This document shows positions 47,552 through 61,244 of a stretch of DNA of 64,000 nucleotides, piece after piece. The stretch comes from Oikopleura dioica. Its lineage: Eukaryota > Animalia > Chordata. Within the stretch, counting starts at the first letter, position 1; each line of letters opens with the position of its first letter. The translations under genes were made by a program, and so were the position numbers. The DNA is taken from assembly GCA_907165135.1 (NCBI GenBank), contig OU015566.1, positions 8,556,001 through 8,620,000 of the forward strand, in the 5' to 3' direction. Below the pieces are notes generated by a model. That model was not told the DNA's origin, did no database searches, and saw only the letters and a list, made by a program, of their open reading frames with translations.

Positions 47552-48443
47552 ATGGAAGAGTCTATTGACAGAGAGTTCGTTGTGTCTTGGGGAAACGGAG
47601 GTAATTGCTGCGCTTGCAGAAGGTAATTAGTTGCGATACTTGAAATTGTTAATTATCTTTTAAAATAAACTAATTTATACATATTCAAAAGATTTCTTAA
47701 AGAGATTAATCTTAAATTATAATTTATAATAATATATTATAATTTATAATTCAAGAGTCACTGAAAGAATCTCGATCGGTTCTTACGGAGATTATTTCTG
47801 CGAAATTTGCTCAGCGAACGAAAGAATCATTCGTTCTTATGTACATACCGCAGTGTTCAAATGCCCTGAGAACAGTTGCAACTCGCGACTATCATTTCGT
47901 GAGCATCTTCTTCGACGTTGCTGTAATGCTGCGATGCGCAAGGCGAATGCAAGTATTTCTGCCGATGATATTGCCCAGCAAGAAGAATTCAAAAAATTGA
48001 AAAATCAAATGGATCTTTTACAGACCGCAAAGGAGGAAGAAAAAGCTGCTAAAAGAAAAATGGATGAAACGAAAAAGGCATTTGATGACGCGACAGCTGA
48101 ATACACTAAGAAAAATACCAACCGGGAGAAAATTGAAAATGAACTAGCAGCATCCTTCTCCGAAGCAGCAATTTCTTTGCAGAATAAAGGTATCTTACAT
48201 AATTAAAAATTAAGAATTAATAATTTGAAATTATAAATAACAAATTAAGAAAAGCAAGAGGATCGCCGTTTTTTCTGCAACGTCTGCTTTGAAAAATACG
48301 ATGGAGAAGACAGACTCCAATGCGTGCTTCAGTGCGGACATCCATCTTGCCACAAATGCTTGACAACTCTTCCTGAGAAGCTCTGCCCTATCTGCAGAAA
48401 GCCATTCCAGGACGAGAACATCATTAAGCTTTTCTACAACTAA
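47552..48443 (+). CDS. RING-HC (C3HC4) finger protein with coiled coil
   Basis: Last exon CNVCFEKYDGEDRLQCVLQCGHPSCHKCLTTLPEKLCPICRKPF, preceded by a Lys/Glu coiled coil (ORF 47853-48206). Confidence 0.8.
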
Positions 48444-48641
48444 AGCTGTCTGCCAATAACCACTAGTTCATCTGTTTTTGCTAATAAAATTGATAAAATA
48501 ATGCCAATTTGAATAATTTATGCAATGATCGCAGTAAGTCCTGAATTACTGAATCAACGAGCAGCCCTCCCGGAACATATAAAAGTCGCTACCGTAAGTT
48601 TCCGCAAATATCAAAATCCTCCTGGCGCCAAACACCCAGCT

Positions 48642-49100
48642 TTATTGCATCCAGCTAGTAGCCACTTTATATTTACACACCTGACTAGTGATCAAAGTTC
48701 TGAATCCTTCCCAATTTTTCGCTGCTGCCGCGTACCAAAGCGCATTCCTTCGTTTTTCGTCTACTTCTGTGAAGCTTGATCCTTTCTGAAGAAGTCGTTC
48801 TAGCACCTTGTTTCTATGCTTGAAGGCAGCGAGCATGAGTGGGGACTTTAGTCGGATTCGACAACTATTATTTAATGAAGTCAATTTTCAGTCGGCTTTC
48901 TCTAGAACCCGTTCCAATCCTTTTTCAGTCTTTCTTCTAAAGATCTCTGGGCCATTATTCTCTAATAATTTTCTAACTGTATCTTCCCAGTTGTTAAAGA
49001 TCGCAGTGAGAAAGAACTCTCTTTTAAAACACTTTTGTTCAACCATCTTTCTTTGGTAATAATAATAACATAAAATGATTTCTCCATTATTCCGCAAGGG
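48642..49100 (-). CDS. Ankyrin-repeat-containing exons (gene limits unresolved; may start at 50345)
   Basis: SPLMLAAFKHRNKVLERLLQKGS..VDEKRRNALWYAAA and FLTAIFNNWEDTVRKLLE match ankyrin repeat patterns. Confidence 0.5.
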
Positions 49101-50661
49101 GACTCCTGTGCGCCACTTTCGCAGACATGCAGAGATTTTTACCCAAAGGCGAGTGTTGTAAGAAGCGGAAAGGAACACAAAAGAGGAGGGAAGTACATGC
49201 GAAAGGCATCTCCGTGCGAAAATAATGACACAAAGGCCAAAGTCAAATTTGGTCTCATCAGAACTCATTGATTACGAAGAATAGACCCTATTTTTGTGGA
49301 TTAAAAGAAATTGAATAAATTTCGAAAGTGAGAGTCTGCTAATAGACCATCTAAAGCCGGATCCTCTAATCTTGAGAATCTGCAGTAATTCGAGTATATA
49401 CTTCAACAAAAAAATTATCTAATTAAATATATTACATTGTAAGGCTTCCTGTAGCCTACCTGGAGTAAGGCTTATTCAGTAAGCTGTCGATAATGACTCT
49501 TGGAAAGCGTGACGTCCTATTGAAATTTCAGCTGTGATGTTCTTTAGTGCGCATTTATTCAAGGATCAGAAGCATGTACCGAGTGCTGAGTAAACTTTCA
49601 CACGGTTGCCTCGTTTGTGGTCGCGTTTCTATGCTGCCAGAGGGGCGAATCCCGACCAAGATTTCCTCGTCAAAGCCGTCACTCACGCTTTTGCCGTCGA
49701 CTCCTGAGCTGCTTAAATATTTGAGCGGAACGACGAGCAGATAACGATTGAACGAAACGGTATCATGGATCGGGAGACACCAGATGTCCGTTTTGACAAC
49801 GACCGATAACGAGCCTTTTTATTATTATTCTTTGTAACTATGCAGCACTGATTCTGACAGAATTTATTTGAGATAGAAAAAGTGATATAAAATGTATTTT
49901 CATGCGTTTTGAAAATCTACTCTGCTTTTCGAGTGTAGCAAGAACCACCTCCGTAGTGTTTTTGAGTTTCTGTATCCACTCGCTTAATTGTAAATTCATG
50001 ATTGTGTTCAGAAAAATCAATCAAGAACTTACCACTGTGATGAGATCTGAAAGTCGTTCTTCAGCAAGAGCTGTGATTCCAGAGCTCATGTTGTACAGCG
50101 CTTCTCCTTTTAGTCCTCCTTTCTGAAAAAAGGCTTTATCAATGGTATTTTTGACTGCCATACCCAGTAAAGCCAGTAAGGAAAGTTAACATATTCAAGT
50201 TCCTTTGGCCCGGCGTTGACGACCCAATCACGTCCTTTTGAAACAGTCTCTGCGCAGAATACGATGTATTTGACATTATCGTATCCATGCTCTTATGGTA
50301 AATATAACATGGATTTAGAATAACTAAGACTTACGTTGCGGCCATTTTAAAAACTTTTTCTTCACACTTTTGCATTTCATGCAATGCGGAACAGTCATGA
50401 AAATCAACTTGTACTCATATCTTGAATCGTCGACTGCATCCTTAAGCTCTCTAAGACTAAAAACTTCCGTCATAATATCCTTTTTTTCCAAGATCGGCCT
50501 TGCTCTGTCGGCTTTTCCTGGCCCGGTGGAAATTTTACGGCGCTAATAAAAGGAGGCTCGTTGATCAAGATACTTAAAAGAAACGAAGCTACTTTCAAAT
50601 CGTTTATTTATGTACAAAATTGGTCATTTTACAGCTTCAATGTCACGTTTGGGCAGGTTTT

Positions 50662-52609
50662 TCAGTTTTCTTCGAACGGCGAAGTATAAAATCGCGGGCA
50701 GGATGTGTTGATGGTGCAGTTGGAACCAAGGCAGAATTCAATGTCGCAAATTACCTTCTCAGTAAACTCGAACTATCAAAAAATAGGTCGTTGTTGATTT
50801 CAATTTTTGTCTACCTCGGTACTGTCGCTAAAAGTAAAGCTCTGGAAGGAGAACGAAAATTTCTCTTTTGACCAAATTTGAACATCAGAAGACGGAAAAG
50901 TCTTAACTGGCTCCGCGTAGCAGGAATTTTCTACGACAGGAAATTTGCTTTCGCCAACAGGAACGAAGCATGTTACAGGATGGAATCGTACGTCAACTTT
51001 ACTCGGTGGTGAATTCCACCGTATCCCGACTCCGATTCTGTCTCCTAGTCTTTGAGGACGCGAAGTGAAGTCGATTCGGAAGTCTTTCCAGATTTCTGTT
51101 GTCTCGACAGTATTTTGATGATATATGTCTCTTTCTGAAAATCTAATTCGAAAAAGCTATTAAAATTTCTATACCTCGAGATAGAATTGTTTTCTTTTGA
51201 TAGCTGCATTTAAAATTAACGGGAGAATCGAAATATCTATCGGAGAATGTCCGCGTAAAGCTTATAACTTCTTCTTCATCTGAGATTTTCGCGCCTTTGG
51301 AAAGTTCAAAATGCCAACTGGACTTTTTACCGAAAATTTTTCAAGTATTATCTTTCGAAAGACTTTGAACTGATTCCTGTCTCGCCAAGTGTTTCGTGGA
51401 AATTGTATCTGTTAGAATTTCGTGTAACCTTTGAAGCAAGACTGTTTATGTCGTCTACCGGATCACCGAGTAAATCTTCCCTAAACCAGCCGCTCATCGA
51501 GTCTTCTAAGCAAGACAAACTGAAACACGCTGGATTAGCCAAGTGGCACTCTCCATCTCGTAAGCTCCAGCATCCTGTAACATGATTTCCAAAACTGTAT
51601 CTCTTGTCGTATTTCGGTAGATTTCAATTTCGGAACCACTCCCTGAGTCGAATTCACCAGTGTAATACGAGCGGCATTCTTTTTCTTTTTCTTCTGTAAA
51701 ACTTCCCGAAACGGCATCAAGTTGCATGTGACTGCTGAAACCAACAGAATGACTTCGCATCTTTTCTTTTCCCCGGCGAGGTTCTGAAGGTCGTTCATCT
51801 ACGGATAAATAATGGGGGTTGAAAATACTTGAGCGTTTCCGGAAAGAACGGATCTTGCGAAAAATCCTCGTGAAAGTGGTCTTTCCCGCTTACCGTTTTG
51901 ATTTTCCTCGCAGAGTTTATTCAACGGCTCAGGGTTGAAGGGCAAGTCTCTGCCCTGATGAGCAACTGTGTATTTGCAAAATTTGTCATTGCACGCGCAG
52001 AAGATCGGCTTTGAAGTTTCTATTGATGAGTTCTTGATGCATCTTCTTTTGCAGCGGCTTCCTTGAGGCTCGATTCCAGATATTGGTGCAGAGCAAGATC
52101 CATCAGAAGAATTTTCGGAGAAAAGTCCGAGCTGAGAGACTTGGCAGCCTCGCTCACACTTTGGTATTTCTCCTTCAAGGACTGCTCTGCCATCTGCTAA
52201 GCATTTTATCTTTGTTCTGTTAAGATTTCGCGACTTTTAATACTCTTATTGGAATAATTCAAAGCTCAAAGTATGTTAAATTTGAAGAATTTCTATCGTT
52301 TTCAAAATCTTTCCTAAAGTCCGGCTGATAGATACAGCGCACATGCGCGATTGCTGCCCCCTTTTTTGGTTCCCAATTTATTAATTCTTGCTTTTTCAGC
52401 CTGAAGGAAGAGGGATTCTTGTGTTCCTTGTCCGGCCTGACTTTATAGCCTCGTAGAAGGCGCTTTATTCCTGATTTTCTATCGCCTTCGTTTTCGAATA
52501 TTTCCGCAAGAATATTTTCAACATCGCATCTGACTTCTTTTCCTTTTACTCCAGAAACCTTCGCACTTGAGTGAACGCCGAGAAAGGAAGAAAAAATGCT
52601 GATCTTCAT
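50662..52609 (-). CDS. Second secreted ZP-domain protein (5' exons tentative)
   Basis: ZP-N-like ISFTRTFSDRYFDSPVNFKCSY. ZP-C-like VTCFVPVGESKFPVVENSCY...FSFQSFTF...VICDIEFCLGSNC...CP, stop at 50662-50664. The candidate ATG with a signal-like start is at 52609. Confidence 0.6.
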
Positions 52610-55458
52610 TTTATTCTCACTTCTCTTTTTTTATTTCTATTTCAGATTTGTAAGGATTTCGCGTCCGGTGGAGAAAAACAGCGCGCGCATTAGACAGCGC
52701 CATCTTGTATCGCTGCGAAAGAAAAATAGACACAGGTTGATAAGATTTTATGAACTTTGTTTATTGGAGAATTCTTGATTAAAAAATCGGATCTGCAGGT
52801 CTCTTACTTCGCTCATCAGTCCACTGAGGATCTCGTGAATTTGTGCGTATTCGGAGGCGGTTTTAATTTCGGGGGAATAATTATTTTGAAGAAGTTTCTT
52901 ACTGTAGTCGATTTGTAGCTTTTTGAGGCATTTTTCTACCTCCTTCCGAGTTTGTCTTCGTAATCGAGCTAAGAGTTTTCTGCTAAGAAAGACCTATTAA
53001 GAGTACCTCTTTTCTTTCTCTCCAGAGCTCTAGAATTATCTTTGTCAACTGCAATTTCAGGGTAAGGCAAAGCCTGAATCTGTTGAAAAAGCGACATTCT
53101 TCAAGACTATCATGCGCTGAGAAAAATCTAAAGAGAAGTATTTCACGACAATGAAGAATATTTGCTCAGTCGATTTTAAAGAAAGAACACTCGAATCTGA
53201 ATAGAGAACCGCGCTGTGAGCAGATTGATGATCAAGAAGATGATTCATACAGGAGCATAACAAGATTGGCGATTCTAGTGCTCTGAGATTCACGGACGGA
53301 ACTAACTGGTCGGAATATTCCACCGCGACGCGCTCGTTATGCGACTTATCCCATCACGTTCACTAGAACAACGTAAGCGCTAATATTACGCTTCAAAGGC
53401 TACTTATAAACTTCTTACTGCTTCAGTGGCTTTTGCCGAAGAGTAATTTTTATGGCGTCAATTTTATCTGAGTAAAGATTTTAAATATATTTTAAAAAGA
53501 CGCATTTCAATGTTAAATGGACAAGGTAAAAAATAAGATAATATCTGATAAAAAGATTATGGAAGGAAATAGTGAAGAGAAGAAGTGTGTGGATGAGGAG
53601 AGAGACGACGGATTTTTTGGATGCGGCTCGAACTAGTAGCAGAAGGTCGTTTACTGACGGAGATCGTCAAAGACATTCAAAACTACTCGAGTCAATTCAT
53701 GCAGCACGTCTACAGAATATCCAAGATTCAAATGAAACCCGAGAAGAAATAATTGAACAATTACAAGTTTTTAGACCACCTCCCCATAGAATTGCGTCGC
53801 ATCATTTACGCGGCGTAGCAGATGCGCCTCACGACTTGGACCGGACAACTGTACCTGAAGCCCGAAACAGCAATGATCCACCGATTCCAGCATATTTGGC
53901 AAATCCAGAAAATACTAACAATGGACGTGAGCGAACTCAAAAATCTACATCAGAAAGAAGATCCAGATGTGTTTTCCTTTGAGACAAAATAAAAAAATTC
54001 ACGAAATATATTTGCTTTATTGAAGAGGGCAGAATTGAATAAAGATCATTGGATTCGTATCTTGGAGGGATATTTGATTTTCAAGCTTCGACTTCAGTAA
54101 CTTGGGTTCGAATCAGGCTCGTCGCGCTCTAAAATACAATTATTCACAAATCAAATCAGGGGTTAAAATCCGGTAAATCGAACTTGAACAAGTGTTCATT
54201 TCATAAGTTGACACTAAAACAGGATCAGATTAGTGCACATAATGTAGATATGGGAATCTTTTAAGCTTCCTAAGCACGGATTATTGACGCTTATGTAAGG
54301 CTCTTTGCGGTTTCTTTTTCTTTTGAACTCATTGATCTCTTGCTAGCAAATCTTTTAGTTGCTAACTGTTTCTTACCCTTTCGGCCACCACAACGTCGTG
54401 GTTGTTTCGCTCGATTGAGTCCTGGACCTGACACAAGCAGTGATACAAAACTCCCGCTGCGAAGAAAACGACGCCGATACTCAAAATTCCAGTTCCTGAA
54501 TCAATTCATTAATCCTGCCCTAATTTCTCTCCGCGGTTCAAAAACTTAAAATTAAAAGGAAATCGAAGTCGGTTAAGATGGGATCAGCCACTCGTCAAGT
54601 GGAGAAACGTGGTTTAGTTTTCACGTTGTCAAGGGGGATTAATTAGCGATCCGGAGAAATAAACCGTTGAATTTGACGCCTTACCAAATGTAGAAGTGCT
54701 GATGTTGAAAATTTTTGAATCGTCACTGGCTCTGTATCTTCCTTTATTACTTTCAAGCAGGTCATAAATCATTCAAATTGCAATTTTTTAAGGTAGAATT
54801 TTGGAAATTACACTGACCCGTTCCTAAGACTTTTGACGACAACTCCAGTTATTAGCAATAAAACCCCCGTGCCGGCGAGCGAAACTGTTCTGCAATTTCT
54901 CGAGCATAACGTCTGAACAAATCTCATACAAATCTTTTCAATGCGAATATTTTTCTTTACCGCTTGTCTTCTCATTTTTCATCATAGCATCTTTTCTTCT
55001 CAATATTTTTTTCCTTCTTCGATTCAGATTTTCTCTGTTTTGTCTGTTTTTGTCTGTAGTAGATGACAATAGTCGCCTCCGGACAAATAGAACGACTTGT
55101 GGAGGTGTCGAAGACAAAATAAAACACGCGCCAGGGGGCGAGTAGGGTCTCCACGTAACGTGAGAAAAAAAAACTTTCTCTCGGAAGAAAAGTAAGCTTT
55201 ATTGAACTAACTCCGCATTGAAAATGAAATCGCGCTCAGTAGCCTGCAAAGCGATGCGTAAGTAGACGCAGATACTCCCCCGAGGCCGCTGCCCTCATTT
55301 TCCATATAAATCGATGATCAAAATTATAATATCCCTTCAATAATTAGATAATTTGCATTTTCAAAGCATAAATAATTTAATTTTTATAAAAAAACTTCTT
55401 TTTATTGATTTTGAAATTATTTTATTTACAGTAGCAGAGAATTGTCAGTATACTAATA

Positions 55459-58400
55459 TTATTGCCCAAATAAATCATCAAGATTAGTGAGCTCGAAATT
55501 GCTCATCGATCTTTTTCTTAGCCCAATTTCCTGGCCTTCGTAGATGACTGTTTCGCGACCAGTTATTCTTTTCTTTAGCTTAGTCGCCATTCCATCAATT
55601 TCTGAAATAACAATAAACTGTCCATAAATTTAATTGAGTGGCCCAACTCATTGGTAACTGACCTGTGATGCTCTCTCGATAACCTTTTCGCATCCCTCCG
55701 TTTCCTTGCGTCAGACGGGAGAAATCTTCGACCATTGAAATATCTTGGACTCCAGCCGTGTCTTAATTTTTTTCCAAACTAAAGAGCCTTCCCCTCGTAC
55801 CTATTGTATCGCTACTAGTAGCCATGAAGCGCGTCATCTTCTGAACTTGTTGGATGTCTTGGGCAAGTCCTGATGGCGAGCTAGAATTTTTTGAGGAAAA
55901 CAATATGCTAAGAGGGCATACCCAGATTCAAGATGAAGGGAACTTCTTCGAACGCGCCGGATGGTTCCTAAATGGTAAGGGCTGGTGTACTTTTTAATGG
56001 TGATAGTCAATTTTCCAAACGAGAATAAATATCGACAGGAAAACGTTTGTATTGACAAAGTATCGACAAACCTTTAGTATCGCGTCGAGTTTGCCGCATC
56101 ATTGTGACACGCTCGACTACGGATGATGGATTATAGACTTCAGTTTCGTACTTTTCGCGGTCCCTGATTAGAAAGTAAGTTGTCCCGAGAACTTATCAGG
56201 GTTAAACTGTGGTGCGTTAGATAACTATGGCTATATAAAAGAAGCGCACTTATGACCTTCTTTAGTTTTAAAATGAGGCATTAGCTCTGACTGAAATTAT
56301 TACGGCGAGTAACAGAAACCCCTTTCTTGTGTCACACGTTTAAATTGAAATTCATCGTCAAAGCTTCTTTCGCTAATTTCGAAGCGCATGTCCGACTTTT
56401 TTCGGACACCATCTTGGCCGAGTTCGAACATGTAACGACCATCTGCAAATTTGGCGTCCTTCAACTTTGCGAAAATCGAAGACGAGAGATGGATTTTATT
56501 CGCTTCACCGAGAGACTTTCTTTGTTCAAAACTTGAAATACAAATAGCTTTATTTACGCTGATAAATTGAGTTCTTAATGATATAATGAAAAAATATATG
56601 AGTAAAAAGTACAAAATAAATCTGAACATTTCCTCACAATTCGCAACAGTCGCCAGATCCTCTCCGAAAAGGCACCATCTCGGCATTAAATTTCCCACAA
56701 CACTAGCAACAACAGATCCTGTATGCAAGCCTATTCTCATTCTCAATCTTTCTTGAGGCAGGTGTGGAATCTGAAAATCCACAACGTAGCAATTTCGGAT
56801 TGCAAGAGCGAATCGGGCGATTTCAGCGGCATGATCGTCATACTCGTCTTTTATGAATTTCAAAATTATCATTTCACTGCAATTTCACTTGCATTAAAAC
56901 TCATTCCTGGACAACCAGACACAACAAAATAAGCATCTCCGATAGTCTCGACTTTAGTGCAACGGAAAGAGCCAATGATATCATCAAACATATGAAACAG
57001 CTTATCCATCATCGTCATAATCTGTTGCGGCGTACTTTGCTTGCCAATTGTCGTAAAACCAACAATATCGGAAAAGTACAACGATACTTCATCGTAGCTC
57101 TTTGCGTCGAATCTTTCATCTCGTCCAAGATTTTTGAGTTGTTCAACGACACCTGGCGGCAGTAGTCGCGAATTCACCTGATCAGCTAGGTATTTTTGTC
57201 GTTTATATTCTTGCTCCCTCTGCCGCACTTGTCGATCTAAAAATTCCGCGTTTCATTTCAGATGATTCCTTCAACTCTGACCTAAATTTTGAAGATAGCT
57301 TTCATAATGTGCCATAAGAACTTCACCAAAATTCTTCTTCGTCTTTCCCGTCATTTTCCTCAGCTGCTTGTTGATGAGGATAAAATCTGGCGGCCGCATG
57401 CTGCTTTCTTTATGCAGACTGCTCTTTGGTTCATTACTTTTTGAATAATTTATAAGGTTTATATCTGATTAAATTGAGAACCTAATCAAGTGCGTAAGAG
57501 CTCGTATTCTTGCTGTCGCAATGCTATATTCTCAAAGTCATCTATCCACGGATAAAGATTTCCATCGATTAGACCTTGAACCTTCTCAGTAACTGTCATT
57601 TCGTCGTAGCCGGTGAAAAACGGTCCTGCCCGATATTGCATTTCTTGAAGAATTATGCCGAAACTATAGACATCTGATGTTTTGTGCTCTCCTCGAGGAA
57701 TTTGGAAGTTTCGGAAGCGCATTGATGCTTTTTACGGCTTAAAATTTCGAGGTGGAAAGTGAGGATTTTCGATTTTAAAACCGTAGCTATATCTGTCATG
57801 TACATAAAGTCGGAGTCTTTGATCACTTCAGGTGCGGCCCAAAGTAGATTCTCAAGAAATGCATCTTGATCTCCATTGCTATGCAGCGGATTAGCCACTC
57901 GAGCGATCTCTCTAGCTTGATAAGTACGAAAGTAAACAAAGATGCTTGAGAATATCAAGTGCAACCCGTGGCCTTTCTTGGACAGCGAAATCGGATAAAA
58001 GGATGTTTTCGAAGTCCGAGATCTTCAGCTTGAAGTGACCATCTACTAAGCAGTTTTTAGAGGTGAGCTTTCCGTGATGTCCGATGTTAGATTTGTTGAT
58101 AAAAACCATTCCATTGACAATGTCTTTTGTGAAACAGATCTTCATATCAAGAGATAGCTGAACAATCATATTCATTAAAAAATCGGAAAGAAAGAAGTCA
58201 CCTCCATATTCGTCTGCAGCAGGTCGTACAAAGATCCTTTTCCGCAGTATTCTGTAATCCTGTAACACACATTTCGAAGTGTCAAGACAACGAGCCCCTT
58301 CAGCTGTACCAGATTTTCATGCTTGATTTTCACCAAATCCTTTGAGTCAGGTTAGCGTTAGAAATTAAACAGTCACTTTACTTGTGCAATTTTCTGCTGC

Positions 58401-60538
58401 TCTTTTGTAAAGTTGATCCTTTGAGCCAGGCGGACTTTTTTCACTGCAACAAGTTTCGGCGGGGATTTGTTGAAGAGATCCTTTTTCCAATAGATACCCA
58501 CCGGAACGTGCGGATTCAGCGGAATATGGATGCCTTTTACAATACTGCTGTTTTTATTCATCTGTGTTGTTGAGCGCTTTGATTTTCGATCGGCGAATTC
58601 AGCTGATGAAAGGTTCAAAATATATATTCAAAAATGACTTTTCAAGCTTATTTTCCAAACCCATTACTAAAATATCGTCGTCGACGATTTCTTCGAAAGA
58701 GCTTATTTTCGGTCCCTTTCGATATTTTCCCGGGTTGAAGATCACATCGCTAGCTTGGATCTCCCAGCTAGCCCTGGTCGCCGCTGTGAACCAGCACCAA
58801 GCGACGAGGCCAATTACCAGTCCGATACCGCCAATAACAATGCCCATTATGACTCCAAAGCAATTTCCACCGCACGGTTGGCAGTCGAGGTTGTTTCCAT
58901 CGTATCCGCATTCGGGCTCTCGAAAGTTGAAATTCTTTATTGAATTGAATATTTCTTCATCGAGAACAGTGAAGGGAATGATAGTTGACCCAGAATTATC
59001 AAAAAATTTGATTGAAGGCTGAAGAATAGTTGACGATCGATTCGAGAGAGCGATTTCTTGAGGCGAAGAGTAAAGAATCATAGTCATAACTTGATCTGCT
59101 TCTTCGTCGACCGCTATTTCTTCGCCGAAATACCCTTCAAAGGTTGTATTCGAGCCAAAGTCAGCGTAAATCGTTCCTGGAATTTGATCAAATTGGTACT
59201 TAGGGTAAGCTCTTTCAACGTCTGAAAAGATTTTCTTCACAAGGCCAATTGAGTTGAAGTAAGATTCGAGCACATAGCTGCTTTCGATAATTTCTTTAGC
59301 GTTGATAGGTGTTGCGTCGTTTGGGCAAACAGGAGGCTTCGTATAATGTTCCCGAATAACGTGTTCAGTCGATAGAAAATGGACATTAGTATACTCCAGC
59401 GGAAATGGTTCATTTGGCTCATTGTCCAAAAAGAAGAAGTGCTGATAACTTGGGTTTTTGGTTTTTGAAAACACTGGCTCTTCATAATGATCTCTGTAAT
59501 TCTGCGTTTCTTCGTTCAAAAATAAGTCTTCGAGATATTTTCTATCAAACATCCAGAGCACCAATCTTGAGGACTCGCTTATCGTATCGAGCGTTTCACG
59601 AATACAGTTAGTTTCACACATTTGTTTCGGATAAGTCGTTCCAAAACTGTCCGCAAGATAGATTTGATTATCTCCGGGATTCCTTCCCAAGAGTTGGAGG
59701 CTGATTTCTTTGAACTCGATGTCGGTTTGAATTTCTAGCTCGGTTTTGAGGCTCAAAACTCTGTCCATAATGTCCGTCCATGTTGTGTCGCTATTTGGCC
59801 GGCCATATGAAGTCGTCTTGTGGAGCATCATAAAAACGCCTGGAACAACTAGGGTCACTCTGTCCCAGCCGAAACGCTTGATCATTTCGATAACAGGTTG
59901 AATGGCGTAATGATACGTTTCTCCTAGTCTCATCAAATGTGGCACTGATTTGTAAGAAGTGAATCCTTCTACAGCCCCGTTTCTGTATCTGAATGACTTC
60001 CCTCGAAGTCCGATCCCTATCATTGGAAATCCATCGCCAGGAATTTCATCGGTGAGGCTGGTGTCCCAGTAGCGACCTTGGTGCAATAATTGGGCATAAG
60101 GGTAGTCACATGTTAGACCAATAAATATGTTCGACTTTCGAGAATAGGTAAATTGCTCGCTACAGTCTTCTTCTGTAAGTGTCTTGGGCTAAAAGAAACG
60201 ATAATGACAAAACTTAAGAAAATTGATTCTACCCGAAGACTTTGATAAAAACGCTTGGTGGCAGGCTCGATAATATCTACAGTTTCGCATCCACCATCTG
60301 GCACTAGCTCAAACTCGAGGTCATAAAGCTCGTCAAGCTTGAAATACTCAATCGCACTTTCGATAACGGGACGGACATTTTGCCAGTGAAAAGGAAAGTC
60401 AGCAACTGATCTTTCTGGCTCAGATGAAATGATGTCATCGAGCGATGGTGCTAGAACAGTAAGCGTAAGATTTCTCTTTCCTTCTACGGCAGTTAATATC
60501 TCTGGTAAAAGTAAAAAGGCTGAAGAAAGTAGCTTCAT
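55459..60538 (-). CDS. Receptor (membrane) guanylyl cyclase-like protein with degenerate catalytic motif
   Basis: Signal peptide, large periplasmic-binding-fold ectodomain, TM (FGVIMGIVIGGIGLVIGLVAW), kinase-homology exons (HGKLTSKNCLVDG, LWAAPE), cyclase motifs FSDIVGFT, KVETIGDAY, RIGLHTG, MPRWCLFG. The last exons (below about 56300) are tentative. Confidence 0.9.
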
Positions 60539-61244
60539 AAATTCAAGGTGGCTTTGGCATTTGCACTAAGCGATAGTTGGGCATAATGTTTACCCCACAG
60601 AGAGCAAACATGGGCGATTGGGTACTTTTTGCATTTTCGGCCATTTCCGGTTAATTTGCCAAAGCATACTGTATCAAATAGCCCCTAAAAAGCTGGCTGA
60701 CATTCTCACGACTGAGCAAATATGAGAACTTGGCCATAAACGCGCCCCAGAAGAAGATATTACTGTAAAATGCGTAGCGCGCTTTTTCTCAAGAGTCAGC
60801 AAAAGTGAAGAGCAAAGTTTATTTAGTAATTTACTGTTTGTCTTTTGATGATGAGTTGGAACGCAATTTTTATAAGTTCGTTTTTAAATTAGTTTCGGTT
60901 GCAAATTTACACAAAATAGATCGGTTGTCTCTAAAAATTGATTTTACCTAAGGCCCCGCAGAATCAATCAGAATCGTATTCCGGAAATTAGACCATAAAA
61001 AGGACTGACCAAGTTCATTTTACTCGAGTGAACTCGACTGATAAATATCGTTGGCTATTGACTTCATATAATTGAAAGAGAAAGCCGCCAGAAACAAATC
61101 GGTAACTGGTTCATCTGAGATTGAACGGCTTGATAGCATCGTAAACCTGGTTCTTTATATACGCCCCTTTAGCCCGGTTTCAGAGAATCAATTTTTTCGT
61201 CTCAGAGATCGTCAGAGAGACAGAGAGATCAACAAAACTCAATC

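Noticed and set aside
49560-50020. GPCR-like snippet (VSFNRYLLVVPLKY) upstream of the ankyrin exons
   Set aside because: It is flanked by stops and I could not assemble seven TM segments; similarity to the DRY region may be chance.
52760-53982. ORFs 53057-53323 (minus) and 53572-53982 (plus)
   Set aside because: No recognisable motifs and non-ATG starts; insufficient support to call them genes.
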